Assembly (NCBI GenBank): GCA_013239625.1
Contig: MU053304.1
Coordinates: 744,001 to 808,000 of the forward strand
Origin: Lama guanicoe
Lineage: Eukaryota
DNA: 64,000 nucleotides
Direction of reading: 5' to 3'
Positions 24,365 to 36,870 of this stretch are shown here, one piece after another. The notes below the pieces were generated by a model that was not told where the DNA came from, ran no database searches, and was given only the letters and a program-made list of their open reading frames with translations. Each line of letters starts with the position of its first letter. Position 1 is the first letter of the stretch. The position numbers were made by a program, and so were the translations under genes.

Positions 24365-26595
24365 GAACACACTGGGATTTTGTAAAAGCCACTGATTCAC
24401 TGCCTGAGCCTGGCCTTTTCTTTGAATACTAATGTTTCTACCCAGGGCTTTGTATTGGTAAATACATCTAAAGAGACTACCACTTGAAAAGTAGTGATAT
24501 AAAACTTTTTTTAAAGGAACACGACCCAGTTTTCTGCTTTCTACATTGATGTTTTAGGAACTATGGTTAAAAAAATTAAAAGCCCAGTCTTCCTGTGTCA
24601 CATCAACCACATGAGATGGTCACTGGGTCTGAGCTTACAGCCCTTGTCTGGGGTTAGCCACAGACCCACCCACCAGCCATCCTTCCCCTTCCTGGGCCCA
24701 ACCAGTTTCATTTCCTCAGGAGAACATGTGCATATACCATGGGGCCAGGTGGAATGGGTAAGGGTAGAAGAAAGGATAAGACAAAATAAAACAAAACTAA
24801 TTCCAGCCCCCAGGAAAAGATGAAAACCCTCCTTTATTTTATGAAGCCAGAGTAAATTTTAATAGACAAACCCATAAAGGTTGTACAAAACAAAACTGCA
24901 AACCAATTTTCTGAATGTGGTCTGGGGAAACTTCAGAGGCCTCAAGACCCTTTCAGGAGGTTTATGAAGTCTAAACTATGTTCACAATATATTATTATTA
25001 TATGTCAGTCACCTAAAATATACTTCTATAATTATTATCATTTATAAAATATAAAATAGTATATGGTTATTTTAATAGTAATATTTGCCTTTTCCACTCT
25101 CATTCTCTTGTGATACAGTGAAGTTTATTGGAAGCTACATGACATAATGATATCACTCTGATAGCTAACAGAATGTCTGCTTGAGTATTCTTGTGTTTTC
25201 TAGAAATTTCTAAGGTTTAGGGCATAAGTATGTGCATTTTCATAACTAAGTTTGTTCTCAGGACTTCTGTGCGCTTTTACTAGCTACATTTGGTTTTACC
25301 TACTATAACTGACATAACTTCATTATCACCCCAACATTTGTATTTTGAAATCATGAAACTTCCCTTGCTCCTATGCAAAAATAGACTAGAAGTACATTTA
25401 TTGCTTTATTTTGCAGTAATATTTTTATACTTTTTCAAACATTTTTCTAATTTTAAAAATTTTCTCTAAAACAGTTTAAATTTTAAGAATTGTTTATTCT
25501 AAGAAAAAAGAAAATTTGTTTATCTTTCTTACACTTTTAAGGATGGATCATTGGCTTTAAAAAGAATGATCAGAGGACTCAATTTCTCAACCCACAGCTT
25601 CACCATTTATATGAAAAGATGCTGAAAAAAATGAAATTGACTTATCAGAAAGCTCTCTGACTCATGGAAGGGAGGATCTATTCCAGGGAAGCTGGGTGAA
25701 ACTGCAAATGAAAAACAGAATTACAATGGAGGTTATCTTTCCCTCAGCTTTATAGACGCAAATAAGTCACCCTATTGTGTCTTACGTAACAGAACACATT
25801 TAAATAGTATTATAATGCCAGTTAAGTTAAGGTGTAACTTTGACACCAACCATCCAGAGTCTAAAGAAGAAGGATTTGAATGTTTTAAAAATAGATATGA
25901 TTGAGTTCTTTAAAAGTCAAAAATTGAAAATTTGTTTGTTATAACAAATTAAAAATCACTGAAGCCATGTGATGGGCATACAGAAACTGTATTTTTTTTT
26001 TTTGTAAATCTAAAATTACTCCCCCCCAGTTATTTTAAAAATGTTTTTATAATTATCTAAAAACAAAGCCACTGAAGAATCTTGAAGGGTAAGTTTTTGT
26101 ATTGCCTTGGTCCAAGAAACATACACAATAGCCTTATAGAGGTGATACTGCTGAATCCCTGATAGATGGAAAGTTAGCAAAAGAAATTACAGCATGCTAC
26201 TGTCCAATGAAACATTGTTAAATTAAAGATTAAGCTGCAAACATGAATGCTGAGTTAATATCTCATCCGCAGATATGCCCGGACTTGCTATTTGGCTTGT
26301 ATTCATCCAGTCGTTAAAGATCTTTAATGTAAATACTTGGCAACAAAACACAAGTGATGCTGAGACAATGCATTGAATACCTTTATTGACTTTCAAGGTT
26401 TATCCTGGAACAGCTGCACTGAAATCTGAACTTATGGTACAAAAGCAATGGAGGGTAAAACCACTGGTGCCACAGCATCCATAAGGGCTTTGCTAACAAG
26501 CTCTAGTAGGAGTCACCGCATTCACCACCACCACCACAGGTAGACAGGTAGACAGACAGACTTATAAATGAATAACAGAAAAATGATAGACGATA

Positions 26596-26665
26596 GAAAG
26601 AAAGGAAGAAAGGAAGGAAAGAAGGAAGGAAGGAAGGAAGGAAAAAGAAAGGAAGAAAGAAAGAT
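26596..26665. repeat. (GGAA/GAAA)n purine-rich microsatellite
   Basis: Visible tandem units. Confidence 0.9.
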
Positions 26666-27426
26666 AGATGTTAGGAAGATGAGAGAGAGTTTTGTTTAAG
26701 AAGTCCTTGATGAAGCAGCAGGAATTAATTCTATTCTTCGATTCTTGTGGCCCACCTTTTTAACATTCTGTGTATCAAAAGGATGTACATGGTGGTTATC
26801 TTGAGGAAAAGCAATTGTGAGGTTATCTGTGGTGCAAGCTGAACTAGGCACTATTTCAAGGAACATCACTCTTACTCGAAAGAATGACAGATGAACTATG
26901 GTTATTTAGCCTTGGGTATCTGGCAGAACTTTTCTCAAAAATTAATGAGATAAGCTTTTCACTTCAAGAAGAACAATTGATAGCATCTGTTATCATTAAT
27001 AAAATTTGAACTCTCAAGAGAAAACAAGAATTTTAAAGAACTTGTACCTGCCACTGTGAGCTTGATAGCTTCCCAATACCTAAAGACCTTTCTGATGAGA
27101 TCAGTGACAATATTAACTAATGCAATTTAATAGGGATGTTTTATAATGAAATATACCAACATTTGGAAGAGCTGTAAAAACGCAAAACGTTGTTTCCTCA
27201 ATTATCAGTGCTTGAAAATACAAAATCATGCATGGATAAAAGACCTACTGAAAGTACAAAACAAGCAGGATGCCTGAAGGAATTGTGAAGAACTTCCGAA
27301 AATCCATTCTCCAAAAAAAGCAAGAACACTGGAAAAATTGTCAAAATCAATTTCTTCAAAACTCTGAAAATTAACCAAAAGCCTGCAACAATCTGAGGAG
27401 TGTTTATTCAAGGAAAAACTGGCTAA

Positions 27427-28085
27427 TCCAGCAATCCCTCTCCTGGGTATATATCTGGAGGGAACTCTAATTCGAAAAGATATATGCACCCCAATGTTCA
27501 TGGCAGCACTATATACAAAAGCCAAGACATGGAAACAACCTAAATGTTAATCAGCAGATGACCAGATAAAGAAGTTGTGGTATATTTATACAATGGAATA
27601 CTACTCAATCATAAAAAAGAATAACAATGCCATTTGCAGCAGCATGAATGGACACAGACATCGTCAGTCTAAGTGAAGCAAGCCAGAAAGAAAGAAAAAT
27701 ACCATATGATATCATTCATATGTACAATCTTAAAAAAAAAAGAAAAAGAGAGGACATTAATGAATCCATCTACAAAACAGAAATAGACTCGCAGACATAG
27801 TAAACAATCTTATGGTTATCAGGGGAAAGGGGGTGAGAAGGAATAACTTTGGGAGTTTGAGATGTGCAAATGTTAGCCACTATATAATGTTAGCCAGATT
27901 AAAAAAAACAAATTTCTTCTGTATAGCACAGGGAACTATGTTCAATATCTTGTAATAATCTTTAATGAAAAGGAATATGAAAAAGAATATATGTATGTAT
28001 ATGCATGACTGGGACATTGTGCTGAATGCCAGAAATCGACACATTGTAACTGACTGTACTTCAATTAGACAAATAAATAAATAAA
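27427..28085 (+). mobile_element. Younger 5'-truncated L1 3' end
   Basis: TGGCTAA TSD (27420-27426 and 28086-28092); artiodactyl-type 3' UTR (tatagcacagggaactat...) and (TAAA)n tail. Confidence 0.88.
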
Positions 28086-28756
28086 TGGCTAACTCTCAGT
28101 AAGAACAGCAAATGTTGTAGCATTTAAACATGCTCTGTTCCTCTCATTCTCTCCCCAACTCCTTGAAAACCACCAGCCCTGCAATCAAAGTTAAAATCAG
28201 CATCCAAGCAGTCACTGAGGTGAGCAGACAGGTTTTGAGCTCCCCAAAGCCTTACTCTCAGAGAACTGTCATTATTTGACCTGACTGTCAATTCCTTGGA
28301 AAGTCTTCTCATAGAGTTTGTCTTTATTTAACCTGAGAGTTTACTTGGGGTCAACAGCATTATCCTCAGAGGCTTTGTTGAAAACATACTTTTAAATAAT
28401 CAATGGGTGAATCAATCACAAGGAAAAGTAAAAAGTATTTTGAGATGAATGAAAATGAAAACACAATCTTCTAAAACTTATGGGATGCAGCCAAAGCAGT
28501 AATCAGAGGGAAATTTATAGCTGTATATATTTACTATATTTAATGTCTACATTAAAAAAGGAGAAAGATCTGAAATCAATAAGCTATTTTTACACCTTAA
28601 GAAACCAGAAAAAGAAGAGCAGAAGGAAGGAAATAATGAAGATTAGAGCAGAGATAAATGAAATAGAGATTAAAAAAAAAATAGAGAAAATCAACAAAAC
28701 CAAAGGTTGGTTCTTGCAGAGGTCAACAAAATTCACAAACCTTTAGCTAGACTGAC

Positions 28757-29130
28757 TGTATTAGTCAGCTTGGACTGCCATGTAAAATATCACAGACTGG
28801 GTGGCTTAACCAACAGAGATTCATTTCTCATAGTTCTGGAGGCTGGGAAGTCCAAGATCAAGGTGCAGGCTGATTTACTTCCTGATGAGGGTTCTCCTGG
28901 CTTGCAGATAGCGGCCTTCTCTGTGTTCTCACATGGTGGTGAGAGAGAGAGTGCTCTGTAGTGTCTTTTCTTACAAGGATATTAATTTTATCAGATCAGG
29001 ATCTCACCCTTTTGACTTCATTTAACTTAAATACCTCCTTACAGACCTTATCTCCAAATATAGCCATCCATACTGCGGGTTAGGGCTTCACCATGAATAA
29101 ATTTGAGGGGACACAGTTCAGTCCATAGCA
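28757..29130 (-). mobile_element. MLT1A-like MaLR solo LTR
   Basis: TG...CA termini and a perfect 5-bp TSD CTGAC; L1 ORF2 resumes directly across it. Confidence 0.88.
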
Positions 29131-29556
29131 CTGACCAAGAAAAAGAGATAAGACTCAGATTACTAAAATCAGAAATGAAAGGTGACCTTACTGACCTTAC
29201 AGAAATAAAAAGGATCATAAGAGAATACTATGAACAACTGTACACCAACAAATTGATGTCTTAGATGAAATGGACAAATTCCTAGAAAGACATAAATTGC
29301 AGAAACTGGCTCAATAAGAAATAAAAAATCTGGATAGACATATAACAAGTAAAAAGATAAAATTAGCAATAAAAAAAAAAGCTTCCCACAAAGAAAAGTC
29401 CAGGTCCATAAGGCAGCACTGGTAAGTTCTACTAAACATTTAAAGAGGCATTAATATCAACCCTTCACAAACTCTTCCAAAAACAGAAGAGGAGGGAACA
29501 CTTCACAACTCATAATATGAGGCCAGTATTACCTTGATATCAAAATTAGACAAGTA

Positions 29557-29700
29557 GGGGAGGGTACAGCTCAGTGGTAGAGTGCGTGCTCAGCATGCAC
29601 AAGGTCCTGGGTTCGATCCCCAGTCCCTCCATTAAATAAAAAGTAATAATGATAATAAATTAAATAAATAAATATTACCCCCCAAACAAACAAAATTCTA
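29557..29700 (+). mobile_element. vic-1-type SINE
   Basis: tRNA-like head with GGTTCGATCC B box; TSD AAAA(T/C)TAGACAAG. Confidence 0.85.
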
Positions 29701-31029
29701 AAAACTAGACAAGGATGTCACAAGAGATGTCAAAATACAGACTAATGGCTATTATGAATATAGATACATAATCCTCAACAAAATACAAGCAAACCAAATT
29801 CAGCAACGTATGAAAGGGATTATAAATCAGGAAGAAGCAAGACTTATCTCAGAAGTTCAAGGGTAGTTTACATATGGAAACCAATAACTGTAATACACCT
29901 AACCCTAACCCATATTAATAGAATGAAAGAAAATCCCCACATGATCATCTTAATTGATATAAAAAAAGGCACTTGACAAAATCCAACATTTAATAAAGTT
30001 GGAAAAGAAGGAAACTTTCTCAACCTGCTAATGGGCATCTGTGAAGAACCCACAGCTAACATCACACTGGACAGTAAAAGATTGAAAATATTCTCCCTAA
30101 AATCAGGAAAAAGACTAAGGATCCACTCTCACCACTTCTATTCAACATTGCACTGGAGGTTCTAGCCAGGGCAATTAGGCAAGAAAAGGATACAGAAGAC
30201 ATCGAGGTTGGAAAGGAAGAAGTGAAATTACCTCTATTCACAGATGACATGGTGTTGTATACAGAAAATCCTAAGGAATCCATCACAAAATAGAACAAAC
30301 AAAAACTTTCAGAGTTCAGTAAGGTTGTAGTATACAACAAGATCACGATACTAAAATCATGTTGTATTTCTACACACTAGCAATGAATGATCAGAAAATA
30401 AACAATATGCAAAATCAAGAAATAGATTTTAATTAACAGTATGAAAAAGATTTGTTGATAAAGTTAATGATTCCACATTGCAACTAACATTTAATAAACT
30501 ATCACTTGTCCAGTTTTGTAGCAGTATCAAAGAATAACATTTTCTATCCCAAAAGCCTATTAAAATATTCTAGCTCTTTCAACTACATAAATGTATGAGG
30601 CCAGATTTTCTTCGTATCTTTCAATCAAAGCAACATATTCCAACAGACAGAACCCAGAGGTGGATTTGATAATCCGACTATTTTCTAATTGAGACAAAGA
30701 GAGTTGTAAACATAAAATACAATGCTACTGTTCTTGATACTTTTTTGTTGTTGTTTTAGAAAGTAATTCTTTAAAAAAATTAAATTGACACATAATGGGT
30801 TTATTACTGCCTTTTTAAAATTAATTAATAAATACATTTTTTTCTGTTTTAAACTCTCATTTAGCAAACATTCATAGCCAAAATACACACAGACAAAAGC
30901 TCTTTGGAATCTTCAATTATTTTTAAGAATAAAAATATCCTGAGACCAAAAAATTGAGAATGGTCACTTCAAATCTACATGAACATTGTGTATATATATT
31001 GTTTTCTATGTATAAAATATTAAATAATT

Positions 31030-32030
31030 AAATTTTAAATGAAAAAAATCTTAGAGGAAAATTTAGATTTTTTAATTTTATTTATTGATTTATAATCATT
31101 TTACAAGGAAAATCTAGATTATATATAAAATTTAGGGTTAAGGAAAACCTCAATCAGGACAGAAAACTCAGAGGTTATAAAAGAAAGAAAAGCCAATATA
31201 TTTATCTTAAATTTTTAAAAAAGACTTATAACAAAAGATATTATTAAAGTAAGTCAATAAGTAAGAGATATATTTTTAAAATATTTGCAAAAAGGGTGAA
31301 AAAGGGTCAATATCTGTAATATAGAGATTCATATCAACTGATGTGGAAAGATAAACACAATTTAAAAAACGGAGAAAGGCTGTGAATGGGAAATTACAGC
31401 ACAGCAAATCCAAATACACATACTCATACTCACTACTCAATGGAGACGCAAAATTAACATACAGGGAGACAGCACTTTACCACCATTAGATGGGCAAAAA
31501 AAAGAAGAGTAACAGCATCTATCCTAGTGGAGATGGAGGGAAAGTCTCTCCTGTTCTGCTGGTGAAATCTGAATTGCTACAGGCTTTCTAAAAAGCAATC
31601 TGGAAAAATCTATTACAATTAAAACACACATACACTTCAACCCAGCGACAAAAGCCCTATTAAATAAAAGCACCACTAACTAGGGATATATTTACAAAGT
31701 TTACTGTGGCAGTGTTTGAAGTGACAAAAATCTGGAAACCACACATTCACAACATTAACTAGAATCAATTTGCTACGCTGGCTGACTTAGAAAGGGATTT
31801 CTGGAAAACATTAACAAGGGAAAAAAGGCAACACTGAGGATGTGTGTATTTGTATCTATACCTTTTTTATCTCATTTTGTAAAATGAATATTGACAAAAA
31901 CATACATAGATATGTGTACATATTTGTGTGTACTTTGTGTATGTTTCTTATAAGAAAAGTATGAAAGTGTACACACATCCTAGGTTGTTAATACGGGCTT
32001 CTTGGGAGGTTGTTGTGGGTCAGGGGAGAG
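31030..32030 (+). mobile_element. Highly degenerate L1 (L1ME-like) 3' region
   Basis: Collinear decayed ORF2-end and 3' UTR motifs (aaatatttgcaa, accattagatgggcaaaa, aaaagcaatctgg, aaaatctggaaac). Confidence 0.55.
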
Positions 32031-32299
32031 GCAAAGGACACAGCTTATGCAGTCTCCCCTAGAAGATGCCTCTTCTGCTTTCCTGACCACTTCCTTCTCT
32101 TCATCAATCCATTCCACTCATTTTCACCCTCAGCTAGGCAAAGTCCTCGAGAGAGCCACCTTCCAGTCTCCTCTGAGTACTTGGAATTTCTGCAGCACTT
32201 CCTGTTTCTATCAGATTCATGGACCTCTGAGCACATATTTATTTTTTTATTATTCCCTGTTTATATATGTTTATAGATGTCTCACAAGAGACAAAATCA

Positions 32300-32550
32300 T
32301 GTAGTGGTTAACAGTGTGGACAGTCAAGTCAGACCACCTGGCTTTCATTCCTAGCTCCATCACTTACTTGTTAGCTGTGTAAACTTAGCAAGTGAAATAT
32401 TTTCTCTGTTTCCCCATCTGTGAAATGGGAACAGTAAAATTACCTATCACAGGGTTGCTGCAAGGAGTAAATGAGTGAATAGCACATGTAAGGTGACTAG
32501 AACAGTGCTGGGCACATCGTGATGCCATATAAGCTATTATCAGGGCTGTT
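32300..32550 (+). mobile_element. MIR SINE
   Basis: gtagtggtta...ctagctccatcacttac...tctctgtttccccatctgtgaaatggga core. Confidence 0.75.
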
Positions 32551-34944
32551 ATTATCTCCCCTAATCTAGACTTTAAACTCTTGGAGGCATTTTAAACCAT
32601 AGATATTCTTTTAAATTTTTTTTTGATCCCTTCCCCATTATTTCCTACAATAATGTTATTTTAAGGCCTTCAAATATTTGTTGAGTAAGTGAATGAATGG
32701 CTCTTAGATTTGAGAAGCCTGTAGAGAAAGAAACTGCTGAGCACGTGATTGTCACTTTCATGGCAACCAGCAAGTAAATGTCCATGGCTGATCTACCCTG
32801 GCCTTTAAATGTATTTTGTTAAGAGACGAGAATATTTGTCTTAAAATCAATCTTCTGGAACAGCACAGACCAGCCTTTCATCTCCACTTACAAAGCCATT
32901 TACAAGCGAGACACAAGGAACCCACCTCAAACTGTAATAAAAAAAGTGAGCCACTTGTGGTGATAGCATTGGAACCAAGTCTCCTTGTAATTTACCACTG
33001 GCCCTTTGGGAACATATTACATATGTTTAATGTAAAAATAAATTGTATTAGATAAGATAATAGTGCTTCAAAGCACTAGGTGAGATGCGTTTGAATGCTT
33101 AAGTTGTAGCTGTCATCTGTCCATTCTCTTGTGTGTACAGTTTAAGCTTATCTGATGATGGTTTTATTATCCTGGAGGTTTACTGAGCCAAGAGAGTCTA
33201 AGAAGCCATTTAGAAAACCATGAAAACACCTGTCCTTCTGATGCCATCCTCTCTCACTCCTCCTGCTTTGAACGTTCAACCTATTCCTCTCAACTGGATC
33301 CTTCCCATCAGCATTTTAACATGCTTAGGTGTCTTCCAAATTAAAACAAAACAAAAATGCCCTATGTAGCCACCATCAACTCTCTTCCTCTGCTCATGGC
33401 CAAATCTGTGAAAAGAGTGCTATATACTTACCAGCTCCCTTCTCTCACTTCCCACCTGCTCCTCAACTACTCAGTTTAGCGTTTGCCCCATTAGCCTTCC
33501 AAAATGCTCAGCAACTGACCTCCGTCCACTAGATGCAGCGTGCCTTCTCCCTGCTCACCCCACGTGGTGAGTCTGCAGCTCTCCGCCCCACCGATCAAGG
33601 CATCTCTTCCCCTGTTACCCACTTCCTCCCCGCCAGCCCCTACCCAAGGAGTTTCCGGTGTCAGCAAAGAGGGTGTAACTTTCTACACCTTTCGGCTACG
33701 CATAAGCACCTATATAAATCATAAGGAGGTGTGTGTATAAGTTTTTTTTTCTGAAATCAGATCATTACTGTGCAATTTCCTTTTTCTGTCTGACATTATA
33801 TCCTAGACAGTCTACAAGTCAGAAAAAAATTAACTCTACCTTAACATTTTTTTATTTTGGTATATAAATGTATACATATTCAGACATAACTAAATAAGTG
33901 TTAATACATCAGGACGAGTCATTACATTTTTAGAAATTAGAGAGAAAAATCAGATTTTGCATCTGGGGGTCCTTGAGAGTTTCCAGTGAAGCAGGACCAG
34001 TGGCCGAAGGGGCAAGTGTACAGATTTCAGCTCAATGGACACAAAGTAGCCATAATCAACCCTAGCCTCCGGCCTCTCCTGGAGCTGTTTTACCTTCAGA
34101 GGCGCTAAGCAGCGAACTGAAAACAGTGCCTTCATTATCTGTGTTTTGGGTTTAAAAAATTTTGCTATCTCCTTCAAAGTTGCCACCTTGGGAGGTGACA
34201 GCCACATTCCAACAACAGGGTGATTTGCTCAAATTATTTTTGGAAATTTCCCTTTAGTCTAAGAATCTCTCACTCTCTCCCCCACCCCACTCCCATTTTA
34301 AAAGTACACCTGGCCTTGGGGAAGCTGAGTGAAACACATGTGCTTATCTGCCCCAGGTCTTCCTTGCTCGTCCTCCACAGGGTCCAGAGGGATGGAAAGT
34401 CCAGAATCTGCTGACCTGAACTCATCACAGAGTCAAGTTTTGGCCCCAAATGACAGATCCTTTCCTTATAATTTTCCAACTAAGCCCTTTCAAGAATCTT
34501 CTGAAAATTCTAACTATTACAACAAATATTTTCAAACACTACTGTCTTAAAATAAAAATCTGCACAGAGTAGCAAGAAGTCCAGACAATTAAAAGATCTC
34601 TATATTCCTTCATTTACTAGTTGACTAGAACTGCTTCCACAGGGAAATGTCCAAAAGCTGAATTTCCATCATTAACAGAAGGGTTGAACCAAATGACTTT
34701 TCCCTTGTAATACAAAAGGGTTAATAGCAATACAAGAAAACAAAACAACCCCAAAGGATGACACAGGAAGGTGGTAAAACAGATCTTGAGGGGAGCTTTT
34801 CTTTGACAAAAAGTTACTGGAATTAAATAATTAAGATATTAACTCAAAATATAATATAAAACAGTATTGAAGGGTTAGGCACACAGGTAGTGACTTTTTA
34901 CAGTCCTGAGAAGACTGAGTGAGTCAGGGAGCTGGCTTCTCTCT

Positions 34945-35251
34945 CGGGTTGGCAAACGACAAGCCAAGGTGCCTGTTTCTGTGAGGCCAGCAAGCTAAGA
35001 CTGACTTTCACATTGTTAAATTTTAAATATTTGAAAAATATTTAATGACACATAAAAATCATATAAAATTCAAACTTTAATGTCCACAAAAAATTTTTAT
35101 GGGAACACAGCCACCTTCATCCATTTATATCTTGTCCACAACTCCTTTGTGTTACAACAGTGGATCTGAGCAGATGAAACAGGCTGTGTGGCCTGCAAAG
35201 CCTAAAATATTTACTGGCTTCCTCTTTATAGAAAAAGTCTGCTGATCCCTG
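34945..35251 (+). mobile_element. MER58B-like hAT DNA transposon
   Basis: gggttggcaaac...tggcctgcaaagcctaaaatatttactg...gaaaaagtctgctgatccctg. Confidence 0.8.
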
Positions 35252-35982
35252 TTCTAAACCAGATTTTACTGCCATCAACTCTGTGTGAACAGGGCTGGCC
35301 TCCTCCCCTCTCTGGACGGACCTTTGTAAAGGAAGGGGCCTGGAGAAGGTGCTGGCCAGGATGCTCGTCTGAGGTCCAGAACTGTGCTCGGCCTTCATGG
35401 CAGTGAGCAGGGACACCGCTGGTGCCACCTACAGGCCATGAAGAAAACGGCAGGCGGGAGGCTGCCTGCGGAGAGAGCCACTCACAGATCTTTGCTCGGC
35501 CATCCTCTCTGATGGAGGGCACTGATGTGAACTGTCCCCCAAAGGACATCATCAGTGAACAAACATCTGGCTTTTACACACTTCTTAAACTGATAGACCA
35601 CAACTCCAAATAACAATACATCTTCCAGCATTCACTTCAGGAATAAACGCTCCTCACAAAATACAAGAACTGCGAACCACTTGTTAGCACAGAGATGACA
35701 GAAGACAACACGCACGGTCTTCTCAGGTCTGAAGGAAAAACCATGAAAAAGCCTGTCGTGTGATAATCCATCTGCAGTCCACTAGTCACCATTCTCTATA
35801 CCATTTCACAAGACTCGCTCACACTACTTCTGAACCTCCACACTCTAAAAAACCAGGTAAGCAGGTTTTTCACAGCTGAGGAAACCCGTATCGAAAGAAT
35901 GCAAATAACGGGGTAAAGCGGTTGGCTCTGCTAGCTCTGAACCAAGCCCTGGACTCTCACCTTAGAAAGTCTCACCATGAGC

Positions 35983-36520
35983 CTCCAAGGGGAGAGAAGT
36001 GAAAGCTTCCAGTCCTCGTCTGGGCTGGGCAGTCTCGGAATGTCACTTCTGCTGCGTTCTGCTCAGGGGCTCATCACGACCAACCCAGGCTGGGGGAAGG
36101 CACTTAGACGCCACCAACCTGGGGGTTCCGGGCGGGAGGACTTGGGGGTGGCCGTGTCTGAAGACCATCCCCTGCACTTCGGGCGGGTTTGCTGCAGCCA
36201 GCACGGAGGTGCCACACTCTACACTTGGCTTGATCAGAGGCTGAAAGATGACAGGTCTTCAGCATGAGTTTTTCGCTCTGAAGGGTGTAAGCCTCTACCT
36301 GTCTTCCCTGTGGGTAGGAACACTGGTGCAAGGGATAGTCTTCAGACATGGCCACCCCCAAGTCCACCCACCCTGAACCCCCGAGTTGGTGGCGTCTAAG
36401 TGCCTTCCCCCAGTCTGGGTTGGTCGTGATGAGCCCCTGAGCAGAACGCAGCAGAAGTGACATTCCGAGACTGCCCAGCCCAGACGAGGACTGGAAGCTT
36501 TCACTTCTCTCCCCTTGGAG
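35983..36520. repeat. Inverted repeat: 195-bp arms (35983-36177 and 36326-36520) with a 148-bp spacer
   Basis: Hand alignment shows no indels and 9 mismatches, all in the inner 89 bp. The ORF track gives near-identical peptides on opposite strands. Confidence 0.97.
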
Positions 36521-36705
36521 CCCAGCCCCCAACCAATAAGGAAGTCCAGGCAAGACCACCGAGTGGTCAGAGGCCACGTGGAGAGGGGCTGTGCAGGATG
36601 TGATGCCAGCTTGGACACGGAGAACAGCTGCATGACATCCCAAGAGAGACCAGCAGAAAATCAAGCAGCTGAGCTCCAACCGACCCACAGAATTATGAGA
36701 AGAAA
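36345..36705 (+). mobile_element. Old MLT1 (MaLR) LTR; its 5' part forms the right arm of the inverted repeat
   Basis: gaggccacgtggagagg and cagcagaa...cagctgagc...cccacagaattatgaga are MLT1-type motifs. Confidence 0.65.
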
Positions 36706-36814
36706 TGCAGCAGGGATTGAAATCTCTGTTTCTAGACTAACTTTTCAAGGCAAGAAACAGACTCAGAATAGTTGGCCCAAGTTTTCTATGGGGTATCAAG
36801 AGCCTCCAACTTAC

Positions 36815-36870
36815 TTCATCATCTTCGTCTTCATCATCATCAGATTCAAGAACACCATCCACGAGCTCTT
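36815..36870 (-). CDS. ARMC9: ARMC9 internal coding exon, 56 nt (ELVDGVLESDDDEDEDDE, acidic tract)
   Basis: Acceptor ttttttctttatag|AA and donor GAA|gtaagt; phase 1 to phase 0; within ORF 36737..36991. Confidence 0.96.

Larger units (their letters stand above)
27270..30400 (+). mobile_element. Old L1M (5' UTR fused to ORF2 remnant) inserted in Charlie1
   Basis: L1 5' UTR-like text, then ORF2-like KEIMKIRAEINEIE...INKTKGWF and [15 protein letters not shown] near 30237-30281. Confidence 0.8.
24905..30967 (+). mobile_element. Near full-length Charlie1-like hAT DNA transposon with decayed transposase, split by an L1 block (about 27270-30400)
   Basis: 5' part (gaccctttcaggagg...aaactatgttcacaat) and 3' end (tcctgagaccaaaaaattgagaa) match recalled Charlie1 termini; internal text cttgggtatctggcaga, gagcttgatagcttcccaatac and gattccacattgcaactaac. 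Confidence 0.8.

Noticed and set aside
25540..27270. Domesticated hAT transposase gene
   Set aside because: No long ORF remains, and the region is interrupted by stops, a microsatellite and an L1.
35977..36688. Duplicated ORFs on opposite strands (96, 81, 194 and 112 aa) as a small gene pair
   Set aside because: They are by-products of the inverted repeat in LTR-derived DNA, with no recognisable protein family or splice structure.
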